This document shows positions 28,407 to 41,943 of a stretch of 64,000 nt of DNA, one piece after another; the stretch's first letter is position 1, and every line of letters starts with the position of its first letter. Location of the stretch: contig OX597839.1 in NCBI GenBank assembly GCA_951406725.2, positions 3,038,001 to 3,102,000 of the forward strand. The letters are read 5' to 3'. The DNA comes from Octopus vulgaris (Eukaryota). Both the position numbers and the translations under genes were made by a program. Below the pieces are notes generated by a model. The model saw nothing but the letters and a program-made list of their open reading frames with translations, was not told the DNA's origin and ran no database searches.

Positions 28407-28795
28407 GATTGGTCCAGGCCATGTCTAACTTAATAGCACCACCTGATAGGATTATTTGAATCCTGTTTAAGTCAAGTTTTGTTTATGGTCCATTCAAGTA
28501 GTGAGTTTTTGTTGGGTGAGTTGTATCCAATTATGGGTGGCTTATCTGGTATTCCTTGAAGGAATCTATCCAGACTCCGTTTAAAGTTGATGGGATCCTT
28601 TTCCTCTTTGATCTCTTTCGGGACAATGTTAAATAGGGCAGGGCCTGTTGAGGAAAAGAAATTATGTTGCAGAGTACATGTATGCTGTGATCTTGAATTG
28701 GGCAGGGGACGTATGGCACGTGGTCCCAGTCTTGGATGAACCTTGAAGCTAATGTTCAGGTCGTTTGACAAAGTTGGCGGTATATTCTCCACATC
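28407..28795 (-). mobile_element. 3' fragment of a second, diverged CR1/L2-group LINE family
   Basis: ORF 28472-28792 (GPALFNIVPKEIK..FKRSLDRFLQGIPDKP..NSLL) aligns by eye to the C-terminus of the long LINE (GPQLFNILPKNLR..FKMKLDLFLSGVPDEP..NSLM). Confidence 0.88.
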
Positions 28796-28899
28796 GTACG
28801 TATGTATTATGTATGCATATGTGTGTATGCGCGCGCGTGTGTGTGTGTGTGTGTGTGTGTGCGTGAGCGTGAGTGCGCGCGCGTGCGTGTATAAGAGGA

Positions 28900-29070
28900 T
28901 CGGAAATGGCCTGGTTGGAGACCCAACCTTTCGAGTTTTTTTACAGGGCTTAGAAAATTTGAAGGACTGTTACAATAAGTGTTTGAATCTGAGAGGGGAA
29001 TATACTGAATAAAATCATAATTAACTCATCCTCCTGTATTTTCTATTACCCAAGGCCTGGAATTTTCCAC
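28900..29070 (+). pseudogene. mariner C-terminal remnant and 3' end
   Basis: [24 protein letters not shown] fits the mariner terminal KC....G.Y.E motif. Confidence 0.7.
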
Positions 29071-29094
29071 ATACATACACACACACACACACAT

Positions 29095-29167
<73 letters not shown>

Positions 29168-29170
29168 TAC

Positions 29171-29223
<53 letters not shown>

Positions 29224-29290
29224 CATATATATATATACATATATATATATACATATATATATACATATATATATATACATATATATATAC

Positions 29291-29381
<91 letters not shown>

Positions 29382-29384
<3 letters not shown>

Positions 29385-29685
29385 GAGGGGAAGACAAAAA
29401 TTATCCGCTCTTTCGGCATAACATCTTTATTATTGCCACACTGCTTTCTGCGCATCCGTGCTTATAGTTGCTACTATTGTGGTTACGTGACCGACGTTTG
29501 AGCCTAATCGCGCCATTTTTCTTTCTGGCTTTACAGTCTAAGCATAGCCGCTCCACTAGCAATGTGCACCAAAGAAGAACAAAGAGCAGTGATCCGGTTT
29601 CTCTGGTCGGAAGCTGTGTCAGGTGCTGAAATTCATCGGCAGCTTGTAGCACAATACTGGGACAGTGCACTACCACGTATAAGTC
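29382..29685 (+). pseudogene. mariner 5' end and N-terminal remnant
   Basis: CACGAGGGG terminus-like start and EEQRAVIRFLWSEAVSGAEIHRQLVAQY. Confidence 0.8.
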
Positions 29686-29891
29686 TGTGCGTCCAGACGG
29701 ATTGCACACACACATACATGTACGCGCACGCAAACACACAAATACATCTATACATGCATATATACATATGTGTAGATATGCATGTGTATAGATATATACA
29801 TATATAAATGCATATATTCTACACATATAAGTATACACATGTAGGTATATATATATGTGTGTGAGTGTGTGTGTATACATATATATACGCA

Positions 29892-29926
<35 letters not shown>

Positions 29927-29930
<4 letters not shown>

Positions 29931-32779
29931 GGAGTTGCTATGTACATCCGTGGGGACCTCACACCCCAGGTCCTTTTGTCATACTCAAACTCGGTGTGTG
30001 ACACACTAATTGTACACATAAGGCAACTTGATGTAGTTGTGTGTGCTACATATCGCCCTCCAGATGCCCCAAGTCATATGGGCAAGTTCGAGGACTGCCT
30101 TTTAAAAATAGAAGAAGTTCTAACCACATTAGAACAACACATAAGTGTACTTCTCATGGGAGACTTCAATCTACCGAATGTCAGATGGCCCGAGGGCCTT
30201 TCTCTCCCAGGAATGACAAGATGTGAACGTGGACAGGCGAGGTCCCTCCTGAACCTCACCAACACCCTGTACATGGAGCAAGTAATACTGCAACCAACCA
30301 GAGCAGGTAACACACTGGATCTCTGCTTCACAAATAATATGGATCTCATCCATAATGTGAAAGTGACACCGACACTACTCTCGGATCACAACATGGTAGA
30401 GCTGACCATGTACGGGCCAAAAGAGAGCACGGACATGCAGCCTACAAGAAACCCTCAGAATCTTTCCAGCTTGAACTTCAATAAGGCAAACTGGAAACAA
30501 ATTGAGAAAGAGATCCTCAAACAAAACTGGCCTGAATGTCTCTCCTCGCCGGACATCGACATGATACTTCAACAATTCATGTCTGTAATGCAAGCCATAT
30601 GCTACAAATGTGTCCCAGAGAGAAAGGCCACTGTACACAAGAACAAAATCCCCAGAGAGAGGAAAATTTTAATGAGACGGCGTACAAAAATTTCAAATCG
30701 CCTAAACAAACAAATTGAAAGTAGTGAAAAGTCCCGCCTGAAAATAAAACTGTTGGAAATTGAAAATTGTCTGCAACTTTCCCATGAGAAGGAAAGAGCA
30801 GACAAAGAAGCCTGGGCTATAGACAACATAAAAACTAACCCCAGAGCTTTCTACAGGTATGCCAAAGAAACGGCTACAGTGCACTGTAGGATAGGGCCAC
30901 TCCTTGAAAAGGATGGCACACTCACAGGAAAACCAATGAGGGTAAGTGAAATACTGAATGAACAATTCAAGAGTGTTTTCACTCCACCCCTTGGGCATTT
31001 CCAAATCAGCAATCCAACTGACTTCTTTACCACTGCAGATATAGAATCAGAGGCGGCGACGATAAGTTACATCGAGATAAAGGAAGACGATGTAATAAAG
31101 GCTATAGATGAAATGAAAATAGACTCAGCTACTGGCCCCGATGGATTCCCGGCAATCCTCCTAAAAGTATGTAAGAGAGTCTTAGCAAGACCACTGCAGT
31201 CCCTCTTTCAGAGCTTCCTTGCAGCTGGCAAACTTCCAAGGGGACTGAAGGAAGGTAAAATATGCCCTATTCATAAAGGAGGTAGCAGAGCGGAGGCAAA
31301 GAACTACAGACCTATCTCTCTGACCTCACACATCAGCAAGGTCATGGAACGAATAGTCAGAAGGAAACTAATCACCTTCCTTGAAGAAAATGACTTGCTG
31401 CCTGACACCCAACATGGTTTCCGACCAGGAAGAAGCTGCTTAACTCAGCTCCTGCAGCACTATGACTGGGTGCTGAAACAACTGCTCAACCACTCAAATG
31501 TGGAAGTCATATATCTCGACTTCGCAAAGGCCTTCGATAAAGTCGATCACGGAATGATATGTCACAGGCTGCGTGATCTTGGCATAGTTGGAAAACTAGG
31601 AGAATGGCTTCACGACTTTCTGAAGAATAGAAGTCAGGTGGTAGTAGCCAATGGGGCCACTTCCATTAACACGCAAATAATGAGTGGTGTTCCACAGGGC
31701 ACTGTTTTGGGACCACTACTGTTCATAATGGCCCTCTCAGACATGCCCTCAGCCACGCAGAGATCCACGATCACAAGTTATGCAGATGATACAAAAGTTT
31801 CACAGGCAATACAGAACCCTGAGGACACTAAAAACCTGCAATGTGAGCTGGACGAAATATACAAGTGGGCTGAAAAGAATAGCATGCAGTTCAATGCTGG
31901 AAAGTTTCAAGCTTTATACTATCAGCATGCAAAACTGAATGCAATACCCAATGAATACACTGGACCCGGAGGGATTGCAATCCCAGAGGCACAATCAGTG
32001 CGTGACCTGGGTATTCACATGAGTGATGACGCGACCTTTCATGTACATGTTGCTAAACTGACAGTGAAATGTAGACGGCTGGCTGGCTGGATTCTTAGAA
32101 CCTTTAGAACAAGAGAACAAGAAACCATGATGGTCCTCTGGAAGACACTTGTCCTAAGCCACTTTGACTATTGCTCTCAGCTATGGTCACCATCCAGTGT
32201 CAAGTTGATCACAGAACTTGAGGCGATCCAACGAAGCTACACAAAGAAGATAGCCTCTATGCAGAATGTAAGCTACTGGGAAAGACTCAAGAGATTAAAA
32301 TTATACTCCCTGGAGCGTAGGCGGGAAAGATATGCCATAATATACATCTGGAAGATCCTGGAGGGAAGTGTCCTGAACTTTGGCATCGAGAGTTACACAA
32401 ATGCCAGAACTGGGCGCCACTGCGTGGTGCCTAGGACTCCAAACCTGCCATCAAGATGTAGGACAAGATTCTGTGATAGCCTGGGCTTCCGAGGCCCACA
32501 GCTCTTCAATATCCTCCCGAAGAACCTGAGAGACCTGCATGGGGTGGATACAGATGTCTTTAAAATGAAGCTGGATCTCTTCCTGTCAGGTGTCCCAGAT
32601 GAACCAACTTCACGGCAGGAGGGGCAGATGAGGGCAGCTGCATCGAACTCTCTCATGCACCAAATAGCAGTTGCTAGAAAGCCTCCATGAAGTGAAACCA
32701 AGTAGCAACACCAAATGGCGGTGCCCCAGCATGGCCACAGCTCATAGGCTGGAACTGGAATCAATCAATCAATCAATCA

Positions 32780-32783
<4 letters not shown>
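29927..32783 (+). mobile_element. Young 5'-truncated LINE insertion with ~70-nt 3' UTR and (ATCA)n tail, inside a (TA)n tract
   Basis: The ORF is followed by a UTR containing GGCGGTGCCCCAGCATGGCCACAGCTCATAGGCTG and an (ATCA)n tail at 32760-32783. (TA)n lies on both sides. Confidence 0.93.
29928..32690 (+). CDS. LINE ORF2 (APE endonuclease + reverse transcriptase), CR1/L2 group, 5'-truncated within the endonuclease
   Basis: Stop-free frame with APE motifs GGVAMYIR, YRPP, MGDFN, TLDLCF, SDHN and RT motifs NYRPISLTS, QHGFRPGRSC, LDFAKAFDKVDH, GVPQGTVLGP, YADD, RDLG, then CR1-group C-terminal SYWERLKRLKLYSLERRR. The Met of the 941-aa ORF call lies in upstream microsatellite and is not the real start. 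Confidence 0.96.
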
Positions 32784-32827
<44 letters not shown>

Positions 32828-32900
32828 TGCGTATATATATGTATACACACACACTCACACACATATATATATATATATAGTGTTAATAATAAAAATAATG

Positions 32901-32949
<49 letters not shown>

Positions 32950-32951
<2 letters not shown>

Positions 32952-33195
32952 GATTGTGCTCATGGGAACTGCTCATATCCTACGCAAAATACTTTCTATG
33001 TAATCACAAGTTTTAAAACAAACATAATTTTCGTATGGCTTTTTAGGCATTCACTAGTACAGCACTAAGTACAAAACCAAATATATGGCACCCTAGGCAT
33101 AACACCAACACGAACTTCCAACTTGTTGTCCCTTGAGGTCTCTGGGTGAGACTTAGAGCCACCTTGTGCAAATGTAAAGCAAAAGTCAAACATAG
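32950..33195 (+). mobile_element. R4/Dong-type 3' end flanked by (TAA)n on both sides
   Basis: KIVLMGTAHILRKILSM* matches the R4/Dong C-terminal motif and is followed by a 3' UTR and a long (TAA)n. Confidence 0.8.
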
Positions 33196-33211
33196 AATAA
33201 TAATAATAATG

Positions 33212-33312
<101 letters not shown>

Positions 33313-33543
33313 TATCCATGGATGACATGTATAAATATTGTTATTATTATTACTATATTTCTCTTACATTATATCGACACAGTTCGGTGCAGCTCCCCAA
33401 AAATAAACTGATCTGCGGCCATTGGAGTCTGACAAGTCGTCTATAAGTCTAAGCGCCTTATAGATGCGAATCTAATGATCGCTCTATGACCGATCATATA
33501 TTTAACTTCGTACTTCTTTTATTTAGGATATATGATCCACTGA

Positions 33544-33588
<45 letters not shown>

Positions 33589-33898
33589 CGTATATGTATG
33601 CGTATCTAATTATCCATCTACTGTGAGTGGGATTTTAGTTATTAAACTCATCTCAATATTTTACTGTTGTTTCATTTTATCGATCACCCAGAAAGATCTA
33701 AAAGTAAATTTGACATCGGTGAGATTTGAACTCAGAACATAACTGATCATTATAAAATCCTTCTAGAAATTTTGTTCAGCGCTAATTTCTTCATTGCCGG
33801 CTTCGGCTATTAAAAGAAGACCGCCAAGTGTATTTAGATAATGAATTAAGTTTATGGACAATATTTATAGTTATTTCCAATAACCCGTTCTATATATA

Positions 33899-34052
33899 GG
33901 CGCAGGAGTGGCTGTGTGGTAAGTAGCTTGCTAACCAACCACATGGTTGCCGGTTCAGTCCCGCATCTTGGGTAAGTGTCTTCTGCTATAGCCCCGGGCC
34001 GACCAATGCCTTGTGAGTGGATTTGGTAGACGGAAACTGAAAGAAGCCTGTC

Positions 34053-34125
<73 letters not shown>

Positions 34126-34325
34126 TGTGTCTGTGTTTGTCCCCCTAGCATTGCTTGACAACCGATGCTGGTGTGTTTACGTCTCCGTCACTTAGCGGTT
34201 CGGCAAAACATCCCGATAGAATAAGTACTGGGCTTACAAAGAATAAGTCCCGGGTCGATTTGCTCGACTAAAGGCGGTGCTCCAGCATGGCCGCTGTCAA
34301 ATGACTGAAACAAGTAAAGAGAGAG
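33899..34325 (+). mobile_element. Full-length tRNA-derived SINE family 2 with internal (TA)n(TG)n and LINE-like tail
   Basis: Head GGCGCAGGAGTGGCTGTGTGGTAAG..GGTTCAGTCCC, CORE-like CTTGGGTAAGTGTCTT, tail GGCGGTGCTCCAGCATGGCC..TGACTGAAACAAGTAAAG. Confidence 0.9.
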
Positions 34326-34964
34326 TATACGATACTTTAATAAATTGCTGTCAACTCTAATTGTGATCCCTTTTCCCGCAGCTCGTCGCTGTAGTTCACA
34401 AAACCCTTGTCGACGCCCTATATAAATTTTCTATTTGATAAACTTTAAACTATTGGTTGGATACCATTTCGTATCTTCAGTAACCGAAGCACGGTTGACT
34501 TGCAGCCAACCAGATTACATAGAAATCTTTTACTTATCTGTAACTAAGCAGTCAATCAGTTTATTGTTTGAGAATGGAATGAGAACAAGATTGTAATCTG
34601 TCCTTCCGTCGTTTCATAAAAACGAAGGAATGAATAAGGGAGAAAACAAACGAACGAATAGAAGATTGAAGGAACAAACGAAAGACTGGGTGAACGAAAA
34701 AAATGGAAGAAGGAAACAGTAACTAAATGAGTGAATGAGTGATCGAGAGAAAGAGTGAAATGATTTAAATGGAAGTTTCAATGCAAGAGTCAAAAGTCAT
34801 TTATAAATTAGGAATCTAACATGATTCTGCAGGTAACTTGCACGCAAGTTCACGGATAGTCTTTAATTTGGTCAGCATAGTGAGTTGGTCAAAATTATAA
34901 GTCTGCTTTGTCTCGGTTTCTTTCCGTCTTTCTTTCTCTCTCTCACATATATATATACATATTC

Positions 34965-35351
34965 GGAGGCGCAATGGCCCAGTGGTTAGGGCAGCGGACT
35001 CGCGGTCATAGGATCGCGGTTTCGATTCCCAGACCGGGCGTTGTGAGTGTTTATTGAGCGAAAACACCTAAAGCTCCACGAGGCTCCGGCAGGGGATGGT
35101 GGTGATCCCTGCTGTACTCTTTCACCACAACTTTCTCTCACTCTTACTTCCTGTTTCTGTTGTACCTGTATTTCAAAGGACCGGCCTTGTCACTCTCTGT
35201 GCCACGCTGAATATCCCCGAGAACTACGTTAAGGGTGCACGTGTCTGTGGAGTGCTCAGCCACTTACACGTTAATTTCACGAGCAGGCTGTTCCGCTGAT
35301 CGGATCAACCGGAACCCTCGTCGTCGTAACCGACAGAGTGCTTCCATTTCC
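34965..35351 (+). mobile_element. tRNA-derived SINE family 3 with 10-bp TSD
   Basis: A box TGGCCCAGTGG, B box GTTTCGATTCCC, TSD ATACATATTC at 34955-34964 and 35352-35361. Related heads at 52003-52230 and 11340-11455(-). Confidence 0.88.
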
Positions 35352-35611
35352 ATACATATTCATCTATTTATACAGACACGCACAAGCATGCACACACATT
35401 TATATGATAACAAAACGAAGATTTCAACTTTCCCTAACAGTGACTGAGGGTGTGGAGTGGCACCTACATTGCTAGAAACAAGAGTCAAAGATCCTTATAG
35501 CCACAGAAAAGCACAGCTTTATGCACTGACAGGGGAAAAAAACCGTCCCACAACGAGCGGGGTCACTATACACACGCGCGCGCTCACACACATATATGTT
35601 TAAGCATATGT

Positions 35612-35650
<39 letters not shown>

Positions 35651-35685
35651 CTTTTTTCATTCAATATACACATTGTAATGATACG

Positions 35686-35923
35686 AGCTACTAATGGTTT
35701 CTAGTTTTGGCGACGCGGCTCTGGGCAGGATTTTATAACACACCTTTTATCTCCAAGCAATCTTTGAGCTCTGAGCACATTGTCCACTGAAGTTGCAAAT
35801 CAGGAGGCTTTGCAAATTGAATAGACCAATGTGCTCAGAGCCCGGAGATTGCTTGGAGACACAAAGCGTGTTATATAAACCTGCCTAGATCTGAGTCTCC
35901 AAAGCAAGAAATTATTAGTAGCT
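35686..35923. repeat. Imperfect fold-back with ~95-bp arms
   Basis: AGCTACTAAT..CTCCAAGCAATCT..GCTCTGAGCACATTG versus CAATGTGCTCAGAGC..AGATTGCTTGGAG..ATTAGTAGCT. Confidence 0.85.
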
Positions 35924-36021
35924 TGCACCTTTCTACTGTGAACATTCAATAATATTTATCTCTCGCCATATGGAGTACTTTTTTGTTGATCCTACCTTAA
36001 CGGAACATTAAAGAATACATA

Positions 36022-36115
<94 letters not shown>

Positions 36116-36467
36116 GTCATAAATAACAGACATAGTTTGATGAAATTTTATTTAATAAGAAAATTGTAATATCATGACAAATTGTTTCATAACTCAAAAA
36201 CATGTAAATATTTTTTATTATTATATTTAATAATAAATTAATTACTTACATGCCTATTATTCTATGTTTTATAGAATGATATTATGTCGTCAAGTATGAA
36301 ATTTGTAGTAAGGTATATGGTAACCTTTGATAGCTGCTCATTTTGCGCCATTATTATATTTTGACAATATTTTTTGTTAGAAAGCTGACACTTCTATTTT
36401 TTTATTCTAATTCATTTTGCACTTTATAAAGTATTCATAAATCGTTTTTTGCTGTTTTTGTTTAGAG

Positions 36468-37131
36468 ATGGCTAAGTCGGAAATTCGTACAGTTTTGAAA
36501 TATGAGTTCTTTCTTGGAAATACAACATCACAGGCAGCTCGCAATATTAATTCTAATGTTATTAATTCTAATGCAATTCTAATGTTATTACACAGCAGAC
36601 AGTATCAAATTGGTTTGCAAAATTTCCTTCTGGTAACTCAAACCTCACAAATGAGCAACGTGGTCGACCAGAAACAAAGGTGGATAATGACGAACTGAAA
36701 GCTACCGTCGAGTTAGATCCATCTCAAAGTGCCCATGCATTACTGTTGTTGCGTGGTGTTAGTAATCAAACAATATTGACTCACTAAGTTCAAATCGGTA
36801 AAGTGAAAACGTTGGTTAAGTGGGTTCCACATGAACTCAATGAAAATCAGAAACAACTTTTGGAAGCCTGCATTATGTTACTTTCTCGTCACAAAAATGA
36901 ATAATTTTTTAATCGAATTGTAGCATGTGATGAGAAATGGATCCAATACAACAACCGTAAGCGTTCAGTACAATGTCTAGACAAGAACAAGTCACCAAAA
37001 CACAGTCCAAAAGCTAAATTTCATCAAAAGTGGTGTGTGTTTGGTTGTCTGGCGCAGGTGTGATCCATTATAGTTTCATTAAAACTGGCTCATCAATCAC
37101 GGCCGAAGTATACTGCAGCCAATTGGACCAA
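36468..37131 (+). pseudogene. mariner transposase fossil (HTH to first catalytic Asp)
   Basis: MAKSEIRTVLKYEF..AARNIN, RGRP, KWVPHEL (36821), IVACDEKW (36926), with several stops and frameshifts. Confidence 0.92.
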
Positions 37132-37241
37132 ACTCTTCCATTCTTCCCCAAGCGTTAAAATAATACACCTGTTTGTGCTGCTCCATCTGTCTTTGTCATT
37201 TGTTTTCTATATATTTGATACATGTGTGTGTGTGTGTGTGT

Positions 37242-37280
<39 letters not shown>

Positions 37281-37501
37281 CATAGTGTGTTTTCGCTTAA
37301 GCTGAGAGATACTAGTAACCTATTTTTATGATATATTGTGATACATTTTTACATTCTGTGATCTTATGTATACGTTGAATGTGTTTGTAGACCATGGTGT
37401 TTTTTATATATGACTAAATGCTTGAGGGGTGGTATTGTATGTATAGTCGTTGACTCAAAATTAATGTTTGTTCTATAACTAATGCTTCTTTATATGTCTA
37501 C

Positions 37502-37549
<48 letters not shown>

Positions 37550-37550
37550 G

Positions 37551-37582
<32 letters not shown>

Positions 37583-37687
37583 TATGTATATATATATATA
37601 TGTATATATATATACATATGTACATATATATATGTATATATACATATATGTATATATATATATGTATATATACATATATGTATATAT

Positions 37688-37770
<83 letters not shown>

Positions 37771-37839
37771 TGTATGTATGTATACCAGCGATTGAAATTT
37801 ATATCAGAAATACAAATATTAGTATTTCTGATATAAATT

Positions 37840-38225
37840 CCAATCGCATTCGTTTCCTTAGCAGAAATTCTAAGACTAGAAACTCTATTTATCAATGTAA
37901 AATTACTTCCGGCTCTGAAGTCTTTTTTATATAGGCAGTTCTTCATCTCAATTCTCCGAAAGAATATTTAACCATTACTCTACATTTAGACATATCAATA
38001 AACGTAACAATACTGGGCTCAGTAAATTGGTTTGGTCTCTAAAGGAACATAATAAACAATTTGATTTGGAATGGAATATTCTGTCTAGATCCTTTCCTTA
38101 TGATAAAGGTAAATCCTTTCGTTCGCTCTGTAACGATGAACTGTACTTCATCCTGCTCTTAGAGAATCCTCTTGTAAACAGGTTTAAAAAAACGCGTTTA
38201 TCGTTGCAAACATACCTTTAGTTCC
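37840..38225 (+). pseudogene. Penelope-like element GIY-YIG endonuclease fossil
   Basis: [10 protein letters not shown], a frameshift near 37925, then [48 protein letters not shown], and frameshifted YRCKH. Confidence 0.85.
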
Positions 38226-38874
38226 CAGTTTTGAACATAACACCTGTATTTAAGTAGTACCTCTGTATTAAAATAGTACCGTTAAGGGAACTCTGTATTT
38301 AAGTAGCGCCAGTTTCACTTCGGTTATTTTCTTTAATTGTCATTCAATAAATACTATTTTTACATTACGTATACATTAATAGAATAAACTGTCGGTTTTC
38401 CAAATAGCGAGGGAAAACTTAAAAGAGAAAGTGAGAAGCTTTGCAAATGGAAATTGAATACTCCACAGTGAATGCAATAAATATTCAAATTTGTGAAGAA
38501 TCGGACGCAGTGAATGCAATGAATATTTAATTTTGCGAAAAACTGGAGTTTAAAAATTCAATAAACTTGAGAAATCGAAATTATAGGAAATTTCTCAGAA
38601 CATGAATTTATAAAAATATTTCTTTTAGAACATTTAGTAATTGTTACATACCTAATTAATAAGTAGATTTCTCCATTATAGTATAGATAGCAATGTAACC
38701 ACACGTCAAACTCTCTCCTTGCACCCAGCATCAAGCTAATACATTTCTTGTGCACGTTCTCACGTTTGTTTTTTCTTTCGTGTTTTTTTTTAGCTTTTTA
38801 TCCGTTTATTTGAATTGATTATATATATATGGATATATACAAACATACACACTCATATGTATATATATATATAT

Positions 38875-39209
38875 ATAACGGGAATCTTTATGAAAATAAA
38901 CAAAAGACGAAGGCAGGTGGAATACAAACAAACAATTGTATTAGTATGGCGCTCAGGAATATAAATAAAACAAGTCTTTTACGTTTCGAGCCTACGCTCT
39001 TCAACAGAAAGGTACACAGAAAAGAAACACGGAGAGAAACAAGGAGAGAAAAAAATGCGTGCAGAAGCTAGCGAATCAACATGGCGATATATATATATCG
39101 AAACGTTAAAGACTTGTTTTATTTATATTTCCTGAGCGCCATACTAATACAATTGTTCGTTTGTTTTCCACCTGCCTTCGTCTTTTGTCTATTTTCATAA
39201 AGCTTCCCG

Positions 39210-39212
<3 letters not shown>
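38875..39212. repeat. Inverted repeat with ~115-bp arms flanked by (TA)n
   Basis: 38875-38989 versus 39098-39212. Confidence 0.9.
38976..39011 (-). ncRNA. Minimal hammerhead-like motif with non-canonical core CUGUUGA
   Basis: CUUU-CUGUUGA-A-GAGC(GUAG)GCUC-GAAAC-GUA^AAAG. Relatives at 7091-7125(-), 42811-42846(-), 48226-48261(+) and 52275-52309(+). Confidence 0.6.
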
Positions 39213-39247
<35 letters not shown>

Positions 39248-39929
39248 TAAAGCTTCGTTGGAGACATTTTCCCCCCACGTGGTGAGTTGTAGGAAAAATT
39301 GAACTAAAAAGAAGGAAGATGCACAGAATGTATATATTCTTTATAGGAGGAAATATTTACAAAGTCAACCGGTTTCGCTTTTATCAACCATTAAGAAATT
39401 AGTGAAAATATTACAATTTTATGGTATCATATGAGGTTTTAGTCTATGTTACTAGCAGGAAAGTTGCTTCGTAAATCCAACGAAACATGGGCCCATGACC
39501 CTAACCATTAAGCCACACACCCACACACACCGACGCACGTGCACAGAGATCTCGAAAATAGGCACTCATTACCATACGGTTTTATCTTTGATGAGACTAC
39601 TCGTGAGTATAATGCTCAAAGATTTGAATCATTAAAAACAGCATAAGACATGTCTATGAGATACTAGATCATATATATATATGTGTGTGCGCGCGCGCGT
39701 TTGTGCGTGTGTGCGCGTGTGTCTGTGTGTCTGTATCTGTGTGTGTGTTTGTGTGCGTGTGTGTATGTATGTATATATGTCTGAATATATGCATATGCAT
39801 GTCTAGCTATCTATGCTCTCTCTCTCTCTAGTTCTCTATCTCTTCGCACATATACTTACATATTCATACACACATGCACGCACATACACACATACACATA
39901 CTCGCGCACATACACACACATATATATAA

Positions 39930-39968
<39 letters not shown>

Positions 39969-40534
39969 TAGATAGATACATATATATACATATATATATA
40001 TAGATAGATAGATACATATATATATACATATATAGATACATACATATATATATATATACATATATATACATATATAGATACATATATACATATATATATA
40101 CATATATATACATATATATATATACATATATATACATATATGTATATATATACATATATAGATACATATATACATATATATATATATACATATATATATG
40201 CATATATGTATATATATATACGTATATATATACATATATATATATACGTATACATATATATATATATACACATATATATATATACATATGTATATATATC
40301 CATATGTACATATATACATATATCCCACTCAGTGCAGTGTTTGATTATAGTTCTAATGACGAACAGGTTAACGCTCTTAGCCTCGCCTTCCACCACTCCG
40401 TTGCAATCACCGTTCCTTCTCTGTGTCGTCCTGGGAACCAGCCAGCAGATACCACGTCGTTTCTTTTACTGCTTTCCTGATTCAGAGACATAAAGATATA
40501 TAATTTATCGGTCCGAAACGATGACGAAGTGAAG

Positions 40535-40576
<42 letters not shown>

Positions 40577-40967
40577 ATACATAAGAATTCGATAATGCTG
40601 TGATAATGACGCAAAGATCGTCACCCCTACTTCTCCGTGGTTTATGAGGTCAAACTTGTTCAGTGCTTTATGAAGGAGCTGATATTTTATGAAGAAACGT
40701 GATTCCGGTCAGATGACTATACATACTAAACACTATGGCGCCAGATTGTCGGCGACGGAAATGTCTGCAAAACAAAAAAATGATGAGAAAGGAAAGTGAA
40801 GAGGAAAACGGTGTCGTCTCGTCCTCTTCAGAATAAAAGATATATAGATATATATATATACGCGGTTACGTTTCATACACGAAACTTTCTAGTTAGCTGA
40901 ATACATACATACACACATACATACATACATACATACATACATACATACATACATACATACATACATA

Positions 40968-41032
<65 letters not shown>

Positions 41033-41094
41033 TTATATACATATAGATGAATATACACACATTTTATATATATATATATGTGTGTGTATATCTA

Positions 41095-41192
<98 letters not shown>

Positions 41193-41943
41193 CATACATA
41201 CATACATATATATATGTGTATATATATATACTTGCCTGTATGTATATACATACGCACATTCATGCATATATATATATGCATATATACACTGGCTAGCAAC
41301 AAAAGGCCTTCTTAACAAAAGCAAAACGTGCAAAATATAAAGATCATATACCTATGTGTGTGAGTGTGTGCCTGTGTGCATTTATGAGTGTGCATGTGTG
41401 TGTGTGTAAATGAATGACAATATAAATGCGTGTATGACAATAAGAGCGTTAGAGAGAGAAAGAGAGAGAAAGTGGTGGGAGTTAAAATAACGAACTTAAA
41501 GACACATATTCCTTTTAAGACCGATACATAGCGACCATTTAAAGTACGTGTTATCCATGGAAAGTACTTGACATATTAGCATTTTTATACCAATTCTTAT
41601 CAACTGTTGAGACTGTTTTCTAGTTCTAAGACATAAACCATTCATGTCCCCTCTCTGTCTGGATTTGACTTTTAATCGAGGGACAAATCAAATGCAATAC
41701 AAATCTATGAAACTCTAGTATACACACACACACATGTATCTATCTATCTATATATATATATTAAAAAAATGAAGAAAAATCAAGAAAAAACAACGCGAGG
41801 ACGTATATGTGTATATATTTATATATATGTAAGCAAAGAAGCTAGTTAAGAAATCTCTTACAGAGAGTTTACAACCAGCTTCTTTGCTTGTAAGATCAGC
41901 GACTGAATGTCGCTTGAATTTATATACATATATATATATATAT

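Noticed and set aside
29865-29927. N-terminal MCVYTYIY.. extension making a 941-aa protein or a domesticated RT gene
   Set aside because: The extension is flanking microsatellite. The element is truncated inside the endonuclease and has a normal LINE tail.
34360-34440. Possible splice acceptor CCCTTTTCCCGCAG and exon
   Set aside because: Short frame with no recognisable protein and no convincing partner exons.
34454-34486. Minus-strand GGUUA-CUGAAGA-UAC-GAAA-UGGUA-UC-CAACC hammerhead-like string
   Set aside because: Stem II is absent and the first pair of stem I is mismatched, so it cannot be distinguished from chance.
34965-35040. tRNA gene
   Set aside because: The A/B boxes continue into a SINE body with a TSD. 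The same holds for the other tRNA-like heads.
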